From: a virus
IMG/VR virus record: IMGVR_UViG_2863177392_000001
Location: 2,579-66,578 of that record
Direction: 5' to 3' (one strand)
Length of the DNA: 64,000 bases
Made by a program: the position numbers and the translations under genes. The notes beneath the pieces were generated by a model. It was given only the letters and a program-made list of their open reading frames with translations, was not told where the DNA came from and made no database searches. Positions 54,466 to 63,536 of this stretch are shown here, piece by piece. Within the stretch, counting starts at the first letter, position 1; each line of letters opens with the position of its first letter.

Positions 54466-55429
54466 TGACCCCCGCCTCCTTCAGCCAGCCGGGCAGCCAC
54501 TCGCTGGCGTAGAAGTCGACCGTCCGCCGTACTCCCTCCTCCAGCGACACGAAGTCCGCCGCCGACATGCCGATCTGCTGCAACGTCGACGTGTCCGACT
54601 TGACCACCGCGTTCGGGACCTCGCCCGGCCGCATCGGCAGGTGCTTGATCCCGACCGGCTCCCGGCCCGTCACCTTCGCCGCGTACTCGGCGACGAGGCG
54701 CGCGATGTCGTTGACCGTGCACGACGTCATCGGACCGACCTCCACCGGCGCCTGCGTGGGCCGCCCGGTCTCGGCGTTGTGCTCGAGCGCCGTCACGAAC
54801 GCCCTGGCCACGTCCTCCACGTACACGCAGTCCGAGACCTGCGTGCCGTCGCCGTACACCTCGATGTCCGCGCCCGTCAGCGCCCGGCACGTCAGCGCCG
54901 GCAGGATCTTCCGCACCTTCGATGTGCCGTACGGCGCGGCGACGGACTGGCCGGGCCCGTAAGCGTTGACCGGCCGGACGATTGTGATCTGCCCACCCTC
55001 CCGGTACGCGTTGTACATCCGGGCGAGGTCCTCGGCCGCGCTCTTGGTGATCGTGTAGCAGCCGGTGCCCTGCAGGCGCATGAAGTGGTTACCGACGCCG
55101 GCGTACACGGTGGGGAGCTGGTACTGGGTGGCGCCCTCAAAAACGTTCAGGCTGCCGAGGATGTTCGTCTCGGCGGAGGGGCGGGGGTTGCTGATGGTCT
55201 CCTGGGTGCCGAGGACGGCGGCGAGGTGGATGATGCCGTCGACGTGGGCGGCGGCTTCGGTGACGGCGACGTGGTCGCGGACGTCGCCGAGGAAGAACTC
55301 CTCGCCGCGGGCGAGGTGTTGGCGGCGGTCCTGGTGGTCGAGGATGAGGGTGGTGTGGCCGCGGGCGGTGAGTTCGCGGCGGATCCAGGTGGCGATGAAG
55401 CCGGTGCCGCCGGTGACGAGGACCTTCAT
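54458..55429 (-). CDS. NAD-dependent NDP-sugar epimerase/dehydratase (extended SDR)
   Basis: VLVTGGTGFIA, HLAA, YTITK, RPVNAYGPG, YGDGTQ, MRPGE motifs. Confidence 0.92.
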   Translation of the reverse strand: MKVLVTGGTGFIATWIRRELTARGHTTLILDHQDRRQHLARGEEFFLGDVRDHVAVTEAAAHVDGIIHLAAVLGTQETISNPRPSAETNILGSLNVFEGATQYQLPTVYAGVGNHFMRLQGTGCYTITKSAAEDLARMYNAYREGGQITIVRPVNAYGPGQSVAAPYGTSKVRKILPALTCRALTGADIEVYGDGTQVSDCVYVEDVARAFVTALEHNAETGRPTQAPVEVGPMTSCTVNDIARLVAEYAAKVTGREPVGIKHLPMRPGEVPNAVVKSDTSTLQQIGMSAADFVSLEEGVRRTVDFYASEWLPGWLKEAGVSA

Positions 55430-56157
55430 GAGTGGTGCTCCTTGGTGGGCGCGCCGTCGAGGGCGCGGATGGTGGGGCAGGGATACGGCACGCCGTCCTC
55501 GCGGGTGCAGTGCTCGCAGAGGCCAATCTCTTCTCGGTGCAGTGCGCGCACACGGGAGATGGCCGCTTCGGCGCTGTCCGGTTCGTCGGTGGCGAGGGCC
55601 TCGCGGGCGCGGCGGATCTGGTAGCGGAGCGACTCGATGGTCGCCTGCGCTTCCTCCAGTGGCGTTGGGACGGGCGGGGCCTCGGGGTACGTGCCGTCGT
55701 CCGGAAGGGGCGGCTCGGGCTGCTGCCGGGCCAGGGTGTACGCCTCAGAGAGGTCGTCGGCGTTGGCGATGAAGGTGTGGCGGCACGGCTGGAAGCTCAG
55801 CCGGAAGCCGCTGTTGGCGATGTCGGAGGAGCTGCTCAGGCGTTCGGGCGCCTGCTGGCACGTCGGGCAGGACGGCAACGTCGGCACGGGCCTGCCGAGG
55901 AGGACGCTGTTCTCCCGGTGCTGCACGGCGACGACGAGCGTGTAGAGCTGCTCGACGGTGAGGGTGACCGGCTCGGCCGGTGTGGCGGCGGTCGGCGTGC
56001 GGTCGGCGTGGGGACAGACCTTGCAGTGCTCGCACTGGGGGGCGTTGTCCGGGCAGTCGCAGCGCGGGCAGCGCCGGGCGGGGCACTGGATGGGGTTGCC
56101 CCAGCCGTCGGTGTGGGTCTCGCCGCCGCATTCGGGCCGCTGGCACGGATCGGTCAT
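55426..56157 (-). CDS. Cys-rich mosaic phage protein, first gene of the antisense operon
   Basis: Several CxxC motifs; C-terminal ISRVRALH...YPCPTIRALDG. Confidence 0.65.
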   Translation of the reverse strand: MTDPCQRPECGGETHTDGWGNPIQCPARRCPRCDCPDNAPQCEHCKVCPHADRTPTAATPAEPVTLTVEQLYTLVVAVQHRENSVLLGRPVPTLPSCPTCQQAPERLSSSSDIANSGFRLSFQPCRHTFIANADDLSEAYTLARQQPEPPLPDDGTYPEAPPVPTPLEEAQATIESLRYQIRRAREALATDEPDSAEAAISRVRALHREEIGLCEHCTREDGVPYPCPTIRALDGAPTKEHHS

Positions 56158-56267
56158 GAGAGTGCTCCAGTGCGGGTTGTGCGGGTCGGTGCGGGTTTAT
56201 GACGGTGAGGGCCACCCGCACGGGGCCCCCACCGTCGGTCCCTCTGAGAGGACTGCCAGGAACTGTA

Positions 56268-56313
56268 CCTTCGAATCGATGGAGATTGGCAAGCTCAGGC
56301 TACGATTCCAAGG
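56268..56313. promoter_or_regulatory. paired 15-bp palindromic sites between the glycosylation operon and the endolysin
   Basis: CCTTCGAATCGATGG (56268) and GCTACGATTCCAAGG (56299). Confidence 0.7.
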
Positions 56314-56341
56314 AGTCGGTTCGACGGATGGAGGACTCCCC

Positions 56342-57265
56342 GTGGCCACACCGATGAGCGCCGAACAATTCGCCGCAGCTCTACACGCCGAGGGCATCAC
56401 CGTCGTCGAAGTCGGCGACTGGGCCCACCACAACCGCAACACCAAGGGCCCCTGGGGCCCCGTGCACGGCGTGATGATCCACCACACCGTCACATCCGGC
56501 ACGACCAACACCGTCGGCATCGTCCGCGACGGCTACTCCGGCCTGCCCGGACCCCTCTGCCACGGCATGATCGCCAAGAACGGAACGGTGTACCTGGTCG
56601 GCTACGGCCGCGCCAACCACGCCGGATTGGGCGACCCCGACGTCCTGCGCGCCGTCATCACCGAGAAGCCGCTTCCCCCCGACGACGAAGCCACGGTCGA
56701 CGGGAACCGCGCGTTCTACGGCTTCGAGTGCGAGAACCTCGGCGACGGCCAGGACCCCTGGCCGCCGGAGCAACTGGAGGCGATCGAGCGCACGGCCGCC
56801 GCGATCTGCCGCCACCACGGATGGGACGCGCTCTCCGTCATCGGGCACCTGGAGTGGCAGCCCGGCAAGGTCGACCCCCGCGGCTTCACCATGGCGTCCA
56901 TGCGCGCCCGGATCGCGAGCCGTCTCAGCAGCAAGCCGCCCACGACCCCGCTGCCGGCGCCGAAGCCGCCGACGATCGACCTGTCCAAGCTGCGCGAGGC
57001 CGCCCGCACCAACCCCGGAATGAAGGGCACCCCGTGCACCTACGAGGGCGTGCGGATCTGGGAGGCCGCCCTCGTCGACGAAGGGTTGCTCGCCAAGAAG
57101 CGCCTCGACGGGCACTTCGGTACGGACACCAAGACCGCCACCTCCGAGTGGCAGGAGCGCCTCGGCTACCGCGGCCGCCAGCCCGGCCAGCCCGCCGACG
57201 GCATCCCCGGCCTCGACTCGGCCAAGCGGCTGGGCGCCCGGCACGGCTTCAAGGTCGTGGCGTGA
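56342..57265 (+). CDS. endolysin (N-acetylmuramoyl-L-alanine amidase + peptidoglycan-binding domain)
   Basis: GVMIHHT, GRANHAG, GFECEN, GHLEW..GKVDP; DGHFG..T..A...WQ...ADGIPG. Confidence 0.92.
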   Translation: MATPMSAEQFAAALHAEGITVVEVGDWAHHNRNTKGPWGPVHGVMIHHTVTSGTTNTVGIVRDGYSGLPGPLCHGMIAKNGTVYLVGYGRANHAGLGDPDVLRAVITEKPLPPDDEATVDGNRAFYGFECENLGDGQDPWPPEQLEAIERTAAAICRHHGWDALSVIGHLEWQPGKVDPRGFTMASMRARIASRLSSKPPTTPLPAPKPPTIDLSKLREAARTNPGMKGTPCTYEGVRIWEAALVDEGLLAKKRLDGHFGTDTKTATSEWQERLGYRGRQPGQPADGIPGLDSAKRLGARHGFKVVA

Positions 57266-57615
57266 TCCTCAACCTGACCCCGCACCCGATCCGCATCTAC
57301 CAGGCGGACCGGCCCGACGGCCTCGACGACCTGGAGCCCGGCCTCCGCCTCGTCATCGAGCCGGAGAAGCGGCCGGCCCGGCTCGGCGTCGTCCCACACA
57401 GCAGCGAGTACCGCGACGGCATCCCCGTCGAGGTCGTCCAGTACGGCCACGCCATCGGCCTGCCCCGCCGCCGCGAGGGCGCCTCCTACATCGTGTCGCT
57501 GCCCGTCGCACTCGCGCTGGCCCCGCGCCGCGCCGACCTGCTCGTCCCCTACCGCGAGGTCCGCAACGCCTCCGGGACCGTCATCGGCTGTCGCCAACTG
57601 GCCCAGCCCGTCTGA
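57262..57615 (+). CDS. conserved phage protein (NLTPH motif)
   Basis: ILNLTPHPI...YIVS...RADLLVP...VRN..G.VIGC. Confidence 0.7.
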   Translation: MILNLTPHPIRIYQADRPDGLDDLEPGLRLVIEPEKRPARLGVVPHSSEYRDGIPVEVVQYGHAIGLPRRREGASYIVSLPVALALAPRRADLLVPYREVRNASGTVIGCRQLAQPV

Positions 57616-57627
57616 AAGAGGAAGCCC

Positions 57628-57894
57628 ATGTCCGAGATCAACATGCCCAACACCGAGACCGTCGTGAAGACGGCAAAGACGTACGCCAGAGACCTGGCCG
57701 AGCGCACCCTGGCCACTGCGGTCGTCGCGGCCGGCGGCGTCGCCATCGCGGCGGGCCCTGGCGACATGTTCCACGCCAGCTTCTGGGAGACGATGGCGGC
57801 CGCCGCCATCGCCGCCGCCGGGACCCTGGTGAAGGGCATCCTGGCCCGCGCGTTCGGCAGCAAGAACAGCGCGTCCCTGGCCAAGGGCGTCTGA
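57628..57894 (+). CDS. holin-like protein
   Basis: DLAERTLAT, two TM segments, SASL; downstream of the lysin. Confidence 0.75.
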   Translation: MSEINMPNTETVVKTAKTYARDLAERTLATAVVAAGGVAIAAGPGDMFHASFWETMAAAAIAAAGTLVKGILARAFGSKNSASLAKGV

Positions 57895-58325
57895 TGCGCG
57901 CGGCGGCCAGGCGGCTTACCGACCGACTCGGCCGCCGCGGCGCCCTCCTCACCCTCAAGGGCGTGATCGCCTCCCTCTACGGCTACGGGCAGATCGTGCA
58001 ACCACCCGAGGACCTGCGCGGCCTGTGCCTCCTTCTCAAAGCGTGGCCCCTCGACGTGTGGGGCGCCCTCTGGATGGCGGCCGGAACCACCGCGCTGGTC
58101 TGCTCCTGGTTGCCACCACGTCGGGACTGGCCGGGCTTCCTCGCCGTGTGGGCCATCACCGCCCCCTGGTCCATGTCCTATCTCGCGGCGTGGTGGCCCC
58201 TGGGCGAGTACCCGCGGGGCTGGGTTCCCGCCGTCATCTTCGGCGCGTTCGGCTTGGTCTGCCTCGTCGCAATCGGCTGGACGGAGCCGCTCCGCGCACG
58301 ATCGGAGCCACCGCGTGAGACCTGA
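57894..58325 (+). CDS. multi-TM membrane protein (lysis cassette)
   Basis: Four hydrophobic segments. Confidence 0.7.
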   Translation: MRAAARRLTDRLGRRGALLTLKGVIASLYGYGQIVQPPEDLRGLCLLLKAWPLDVWGALWMAAGTTALVCSWLPPRRDWPGFLAVWAITAPWSMSYLAAWWPLGEYPRGWVPAVIFGAFGLVCLVAIGWTEPLRARSEPPRET

Positions 58326-58683
58326 GATGCTGACCGCGCTGAGCGCGCTGGCCGTCGCCCTCGTGACTGCTGCGGGCGGCATCGTCACCGCCATCGTCGG
58401 CCGGCGCCAGCCGCGCGGGCAGCAGCGCCGGGATGATTTCACCACGATCGTCGGCGAGCTCCGTACCAGCCTCGGCGAGGTGAAGACGGAACTGGCTGAG
58501 CAGAAGGCCGAGTCCGAACGGGACCGCGGCAGGATCGCCTCCCAGGATTTCGCGCTGCGGTACATCGCCAGCTGGTGCCGGACGCTGGTCGGCTACATGC
58601 GGGACCAGCACCTGGAGCCGCCACCCCCGCCTCATCCCGTACCCGAAGAGGTCCAGCCGTATCTCCACGACCTGAACAGCTGA
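58315..58683 (+). CDS. membrane-anchored coiled-coil protein (lysis cassette)
   Basis: N-terminal TM, coiled coil, Pro-rich end. Confidence 0.7.
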   Translation: MRPEMLTALSALAVALVTAAGGIVTAIVGRRQPRGQQRRDDFTTIVGELRTSLGEVKTELAEQKAESERDRGRIASQDFALRYIASWCRTLVGYMRDQHLEPPPPPHPVPEEVQPYLHDLNS

Positions 58684-58705
58684 AGTCCGTAAGAGGAGTA
58701 GCCCA

Positions 58706-59152
58706 ATGGCTTCGATCGTTTTCAATGTCGCCCTCGGCCGTGTCGCATCGCTCGCCGCGCTGCCCGCCGCCAACGACGGCCTGGTCCTCGTGCCGCTGGA
58801 AGCGTCCGGGTTGGAGACCGACGCCGTCCTCCGCGACAAGGACACCCTCGCCGACGTGGTGGCCGGCACCACCAACGAGCAGACCAGCGTTGGCCGCAAG
58901 GCCTTGGCGGGCGTGACGGTCACCGTCAACGACACCAACGACCGGGTCGAGGTGGACGCCACCGACGTCACCTGGACCTCACCCACCGGCAACGCCATCG
59001 GCGCCGTGGTGATCTGCTACGACCCCGACACCACCACCGGCACCGACGCCGACCTGGTCCCGCTCACCAAGCACGACGTGGCCTGGACGCCGGACGGGAA
59101 CGCGTTCACCCTGTCGATCGCCGACTTCTACCGGGCGAGCTCCACCGCCTGA
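58706..59152 (+). CDS. putative structural protein
   Basis: Beta-rich, Thr/Asp-rich; VTVNDTNDRVEVDATDVTWT; GAGGAG RBS. Confidence 0.65.
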   Translation: MASIVFNVALGRVASLAALPAANDGLVLVPLEASGLETDAVLRDKDTLADVVAGTTNEQTSVGRKALAGVTVTVNDTNDRVEVDATDVTWTSPTGNAIGAVVICYDPDTTTGTDADLVPLTKHDVAWTPDGNAFTLSIADFYRASSTA

Positions 59153-60189
59153 TGACCAGCTTCAGTGACGACTTCAACCGGCCCGACTCCACCGACTTGG
59201 GCGCCGGGTGGGTGGAGGTGTCCGGCGACTGGTCGATCATCTCGCAGCAGCTCTCGCCGGGCGCCGCGGGCGGCACGATCATCCTCCGCGCGGCCACGGC
59301 GATGGCCAGCAACGACAACTTTGCGCAGGTCACCATCGCTGCCACGACGGCGGCGAGCCAGGGCGTGTGGTGCCGCGGCAACGCGAACATCAGCCAGGGC
59401 TACCTGTGGCGGAACAACGGATCGACGTGGGACCTGTTCGCGGTCGTCGGCGGATCGTTCCTCGTCATCGGCACGTACTCGGCTGCCGCCGCCCCCGGCG
59501 ACGTCGCCAAGGTCCAGGCAGTCGGCTCTGCGATCCGCGGGTTCGTCAATGGCATCGAGCGGGTCAACGTCACCAACACCGATGTGCCCACCGGTACGAG
59601 CGTCGGCATCCGCGCCGAATCGGTCAGCGGGCTGCGATTCGATGACTTCGCCGCCGCCGATGTCACGGCCGGTGCCACCCTCGGTACCGCCACCTCCACC
59701 GAGGCAGCTCAGCCCCTCACCGCCGCCAAGATCGGCGCGCTCGCTACCGCCGCGGAGACCGCCGCCGCCCAGCTGCTGACCGGGGCCAAGGCCGCCGCGC
59801 TCACCGTGGCGTCCGGGCTGGACAGCGCGCAGATTCTCACCGGTGCCAAGGCGGCCGCCCTCGCTCCGGCCGGGGCCGCCGAGTCGGCTCAGCCGCTCGC
59901 CGGGGCCAAGACTGTGGTCCTCACCCCAGCCGTCGAGCAGGACGCCGCCCAGGCCCTGAGCGGGGTGGCACCGTCCGTGCTCGGCCCCGCAGGCACCGCC
60001 GAGACCGCGCTGCCGCTCATGGGGGCCAAGACGGCGGCCCTGGTGCCTGCGCTGGAGGTGGACATCGCGCGCCTGCTCATCGTGCCGTCGTCCGGCACGC
60101 CGAGCCCGGAGCGCACCTTCACCGTCCCCGCCGAGCGCCGGCGCTTCGCTGTGCCCGCCGAGCGCCGCACCCTGATCGTCCGGAGGTAA
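59152..60189 (+). CDS. putative fibre/appendage protein with lectin-like N-domain and ~20-aa repeats
   Basis: FSDDFNR...FDDF beta-sandwich; 6-7 repeats of the type ...AQ.LTGAK. Confidence 0.65.
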   Translation: MTSFSDDFNRPDSTDLGAGWVEVSGDWSIISQQLSPGAAGGTIILRAATAMASNDNFAQVTIAATTAASQGVWCRGNANISQGYLWRNNGSTWDLFAVVGGSFLVIGTYSAAAAPGDVAKVQAVGSAIRGFVNGIERVNVTNTDVPTGTSVGIRAESVSGLRFDDFAAADVTAGATLGTATSTEAAQPLTAAKIGALATAAETAAAQLLTGAKAAALTVASGLDSAQILTGAKAAALAPAGAAESAQPLAGAKTVVLTPAVEQDAAQALSGVAPSVLGPAGTAETALPLMGAKTAALVPALEVDIARLLIVPSSGTPSPERTFTVPAERRRFAVPAERRTLIVRR

Positions 60190-60193
60190 GGCC

Positions 60194-60472
60194 GTGTCCG
60201 ACAGCTTCATCAAGGACCCTTCTGCCCTGCTGGATTACAGCTGGGACTGGTCGGCGTGGCTGGCCGAGGTGGCTGATGCCATCAGCTCTGCGACGGTCGC
60301 GGTGCCGGCGGGGCTGACGGCGGTGGGGGCGCCGGTGGTGGGTGACACGGTTGTCACGCAGCGGGTGTCGGGCGGGGTCGTCGACAGCGTGTACACGCTG
60401 GTCTGCCAGATCACGACGGACGGGGGCCTGGTGGATGAGCGGTCGATCCATCTGACGATCGCCGACCGGTAG
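60194..60472 (+). CDS. phage fibre-tail adaptor-like protein
   Basis: FIKDPSALLDYSWDWSAWL...Y.L.C.ITT..G..DERSI. Confidence 0.7.
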   Translation: MSDSFIKDPSALLDYSWDWSAWLAEVADAISSATVAVPAGLTAVGAPVVGDTVVTQRVSGGVVDSVYTLVCQITTDGGLVDERSIHLTIADR

Positions 60473-60490
60473 CTCCTGCACGGACCGCGT

Positions 60491-60520
60491 GGCCCCCATC
60501 GCCTTCGGGTGGTGGGGGCC
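60491..60520 (+). terminator. hairpin terminator
   Basis: GGCCCCCATCGCC-ttcg-GGTGGTGGGGGCC. Confidence 0.65.
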
Positions 60521-60550
60521 CTTGCGTCATGCCCGGATATCGTCGTGCCC

Positions 60551-61213
60551 ATGATTCGCGCTGTGATCTTCGACGTCGGCGAGTGCCTCGTAGACGAGAC
60601 CACCGAGTACGGCACCTGGGCCGACTGGCTCGGCGTGCCCCGCCACACCTTCCACGCCATGTTCGGCGCCGTCATCGCCCAAGGCCGCGACTACCGCGAG
60701 ACCTTCGAGGAGTTCCGGCCCGGCTTCGACCTCTACGCCGAGCGCGAGCGCCGCGCCGAGGCCGGGCAGCCGGAGACCTTCAGCGAGGCCGACCTCTACC
60801 CGGACGTCCGCGACGCCCTGGCGGCCCTTCGGGCGGACGGCCTGTGGCTGGGCATCGCCGGGAACCAGACCGTCCGCGCGGGCGGCATCTTGCGCGAGCT
60901 GTTCTCAGGCGACGTCGACCTGATCGGCACCAGCGACGACTGGGGCGCCAGCAAGCCCGACCGGGCGTTCTTCGACCGCGTCGCCGAGGTCGTCCCGGCC
61001 GAGCCCGCCGAGATGCTGTACGTCGGCGACCGCGTCGACAACGACATCCGCCCGGCGGTCGCGGCCGGCATGCACACCGCGCTCGTGCGCCGGGGGCCGT
61101 GGGCGACGATCCAGTGGCACACGGAGGAAGCGGAGAAGCTCCCGACCGTCAGGGTCGAGAGCCTCCTCGAACTGTCCGGCGAGATCCGCCGCTTCAACGA
61201 GCGAGGGCGCTGA
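60551..61213 (+). CDS. HAD-superfamily hydrolase
   Basis: FDVGE, SKPD and YVGDRVDND motifs; TATCGT-N7-ATG start. Confidence 0.9.
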   Translation: MIRAVIFDVGECLVDETTEYGTWADWLGVPRHTFHAMFGAVIAQGRDYRETFEEFRPGFDLYAERERRAEAGQPETFSEADLYPDVRDALAALRADGLWLGIAGNQTVRAGGILRELFSGDVDLIGTSDDWGASKPDRAFFDRVAEVVPAEPAEMLYVGDRVDNDIRPAVAAGMHTALVRRGPWATIQWHTEEAEKLPTVRVESLLELSGEIRRFNERGR

Positions 61214-62414
61214 CGGTCGTCGCCCACCCGTACAGCCGGTCGTCCAACTCCCGGACGCACCGCTCGTGCTGGTGCGGCACCAGGGCGCGCCGCACCTCCC
61301 GCACGCGGTCCATGCCCATCGCGTACCAGGTGCGCTCCAACTGATCGAGGGCGCGCAGCGCGTACCCGCACGCAGCGTCGGGGTCGCCCGCCGCGGCCTC
61401 GACGGCGGCCAGGTCGCCAAGGACGACGGTGGCCTGCTTGTCCTCGCTCGGGGCGAGGGCGTCCAGGACGCCGAGAAGCGTGGTCCGCGCCTGCGGCAAG
61501 TGCCCGGCCCGCAGTTGGGTGTTGCCCTTGAACGCGGCGAGCCGCACGGGACTGAACCAGTCCAGCCACTCGGGGCTCTGGTGCTCGTTGTCCGCGGCGA
61601 GGACGTCCTCGGCGTGCCCGATCAGGTGCAGCGCGGTCCGGGTGTGCCCGCACCGGGTCTCGCACTCCGCTTCCACCGCGTCGAGCCAGGCGAGGAGCAG
61701 CGCGGAGGCCGGGCCGCGGCGGGCGTACGTGCGCGCCGCCGTCATCCGCTCGACGGCGGCGTCCCGGTCGCCCTCCCAGGCGGGGATGAACGCGGTGTGC
61801 GCCAGCACCGCGGCGCCCATCAGCGGGTCGTCGGCTTCGCCGGCGGCCTGGAGCGCGCGTAGCCACGTCTGCCGTGCACGCTCGGCGTCCCGCAGGTCGA
61901 AGAACTCGATCCGCCCGGCGAGCAGCCACGTCTCGGCGAGCGCTGCGGCGATGCGGCGGCGCGTCTCGCCTGCGGCCTCCGGGAGGAGCGCGCACCCGAG
62001 GGTGGCGTGGGCGAGCGCGGCCGGGTGCAGGGTGGCCGGGGCGACCGACCAGTACAGCCGGCGGTGCGAGCGGGTGACGGCCTCGTAGTCCTCGGCGGCC
62101 GTGGCGGGCTGCACGGCGATGGCCTGGCTGGGGACTGCGGCCAGGCCGACGGCGGCGGTCGCGGCGAGCACCGTGCGGCGCGGGTGGCCAACGGTTGTCC
62201 CGGCAGCCGGGGTGAAGCCGAGGGCTTCGAGGTCCTGCCCGAGGAGCCGTGTGAGAGCCTGGGCCACTTCGGGGTGCGGGACGGGCGGCTGGTCGGACTC
62301 CCACCGGCGGACCTGCCGCACGCCGACACTGAGCGCGTCCGCGAGGGCCTGCTGGGAGTGGTAACCGGCCGCGAGCCGGGCGGACTTCAAGCGTGTGTTC
62401 CCGGGTCGTGCCAC
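61194..62414 (-). CDS. XRE-family HTH regulator with helical (TPR-like) C-terminal domain
   Basis: LKSARLAAGYHSQQALADALSVGVRQVRRWES; RRTVL linker; helical repeats. Confidence 0.85.
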   Translation of the reverse strand: MARPGNTRLKSARLAAGYHSQQALADALSVGVRQVRRWESDQPPVPHPEVAQALTRLLGQDLEALGFTPAAGTTVGHPRRTVLAATAAVGLAAVPSQAIAVQPATAAEDYEAVTRSHRRLYWSVAPATLHPAALAHATLGCALLPEAAGETRRRIAAALAETWLLAGRIEFFDLRDAERARQTWLRALQAAGEADDPLMGAAVLAHTAFIPAWEGDRDAAVERMTAARTYARRGPASALLLAWLDAVEAECETRCGHTRTALHLIGHAEDVLAADNEHQSPEWLDWFSPVRLAAFKGNTQLRAGHLPQARTTLLGVLDALAPSEDKQATVVLGDLAAVEAAAGDPDAACGYALRALDQLERTWYAMGMDRVREVRRALVPHQHERCVRELDDRLYGWATTVSALAR

Positions 62415-62456
62415 TGCTGCACCTCCATCCTGAGAGCTCCGGCAAGTGTCGCGCGG

Positions 62457-62538
62457 AGTCCTCCACTTGGCCAGTCGTCACCCCTTAGGCGCAAAGAAAG
62501 TCCTCTTCGGGGCGACCAAGAGACCTCTCCGAGTCCTC
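62457..62538. promoter_or_regulatory. phased AG(T/A)CCTC direct repeats
   Basis: Copies at 62457, 62499, 62521 and 62532 in the divergent promoter region. Confidence 0.55.
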
Positions 62539-62604
62539 TCAATGACGCGCCGTGCAAGCCACTCTGATGGCACCTGACCGCCACGGGAGCCCGAGGAGAC
62601 CCCG

Positions 62605-62979
62605 ATGCTGACAAAACGCCTTCCGTCCGCCGCCGACTGCACGCTGCACGAGGCCGGAAGGGACTGGGACGTCATCCGCGTACCGCGCAGCCTCGGCCTG
62701 GCGGCCATGAGCATCCTCGGCTCCCGCTGCGGCGCCGTCGTCGAAGACCGCACCGTCCTGTACTACTTCGTTCCCGTCGGCACGGCCGCCGAGTGGCGCA
62801 TGGTCGCCACCCGAGCCCTCGGCGCCGGGACCTCCCTGACCATCCCCCCGGCCCGACGCACCCAGGGCCCCGGCCCGCACTGGCGGATCACCCCCGGCGA
62901 CGGCCGCTGGGTGACCAACCCGGAAGCCCTCGCCGCGGCCCTCGAGGACGCCTGCGCGCAGCAGGAGCCCGCAGCATGA
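62605..62979 (+). CDS. hypothetical protein (Streptomyces mobile-element type)
   Basis: AGRDWDVIRVP...LYYFVPVG...GPHWRI.P pattern. Confidence 0.65.
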   Translation: MLTKRLPSAADCTLHEAGRDWDVIRVPRSLGLAAMSILGSRCGAVVEDRTVLYYFVPVGTAAEWRMVATRALGAGTSLTIPPARRTQGPGPHWRITPGDGRWVTNPEALAAALEDACAQQEPAA

Positions 62980-63536
62980 CCGCCGAGCCCCAGCCGATCA
63001 TCTGCACCGGCGCCGAGCGGCGCCTGGCCGTCGAGCACTGGCTGCTGTCGACGCTCCCCACCCGAGAGGCCCGCGCGAAAGCCCGCGGTCAGTGGGCGGA
63101 ACACGGGCTGGCGATGCTCCCGCTCGGCGGGCTGATGTCCGCGGTTCACGTCCCGGCCGCCCTCGTGCAGGCCCTCGCCCACACCGTGCAACCCCGCGGC
63201 TTAGACGTGTTCCTCGCCGAGCGGCTGGAAGGCGGGCCGGTGGCGTGCGCAATGCACGGCGGCTGGCGCTACTACCTGCTCGTCCCGGGCCGGACACCCC
63301 GCACGTGGCACAAGGAGGCCGTCCGCTGGCACAAGCCGGGCGTTGGCGTCCTCGGCCGCGGCGCCTACCTGGGGGTGCCGCCCGTCGACCGCACGGAGTA
63401 CAACGCGGGAACCCGCGACTCGTACTGGTCGGTCCCGATGGCATCGCTCGGCGAGCTGTGCGACCCGCTCGTGGTGGGCCGGTTCGTGGCCGATGCGGTG
63501 CACGCTGCTGCGGCCCTCGAGGGAGCCGCCTCATGA
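62976..63536 (+). CDS. hypothetical protein related in pattern to 62605..62979, with a TTA codon
   Basis: AVHVP...GPV...YYLLVP...LGRGAYLGVP...YW.VP; in-frame TTA at 63201. Confidence 0.65.
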   Translation: MTAEPQPIICTGAERRLAVEHWLLSTLPTREARAKARGQWAEHGLAMLPLGGLMSAVHVPAALVQALAHTVQPRGLDVFLAERLEGGPVACAMHGGWRYYLLVPGRTPRTWHKEAVRWHKPGVGVLGRGAYLGVPPVDRTEYNAGTRDSYWSVPMASLGELCDPLVVGRFVADAVHAAAALEGAAS

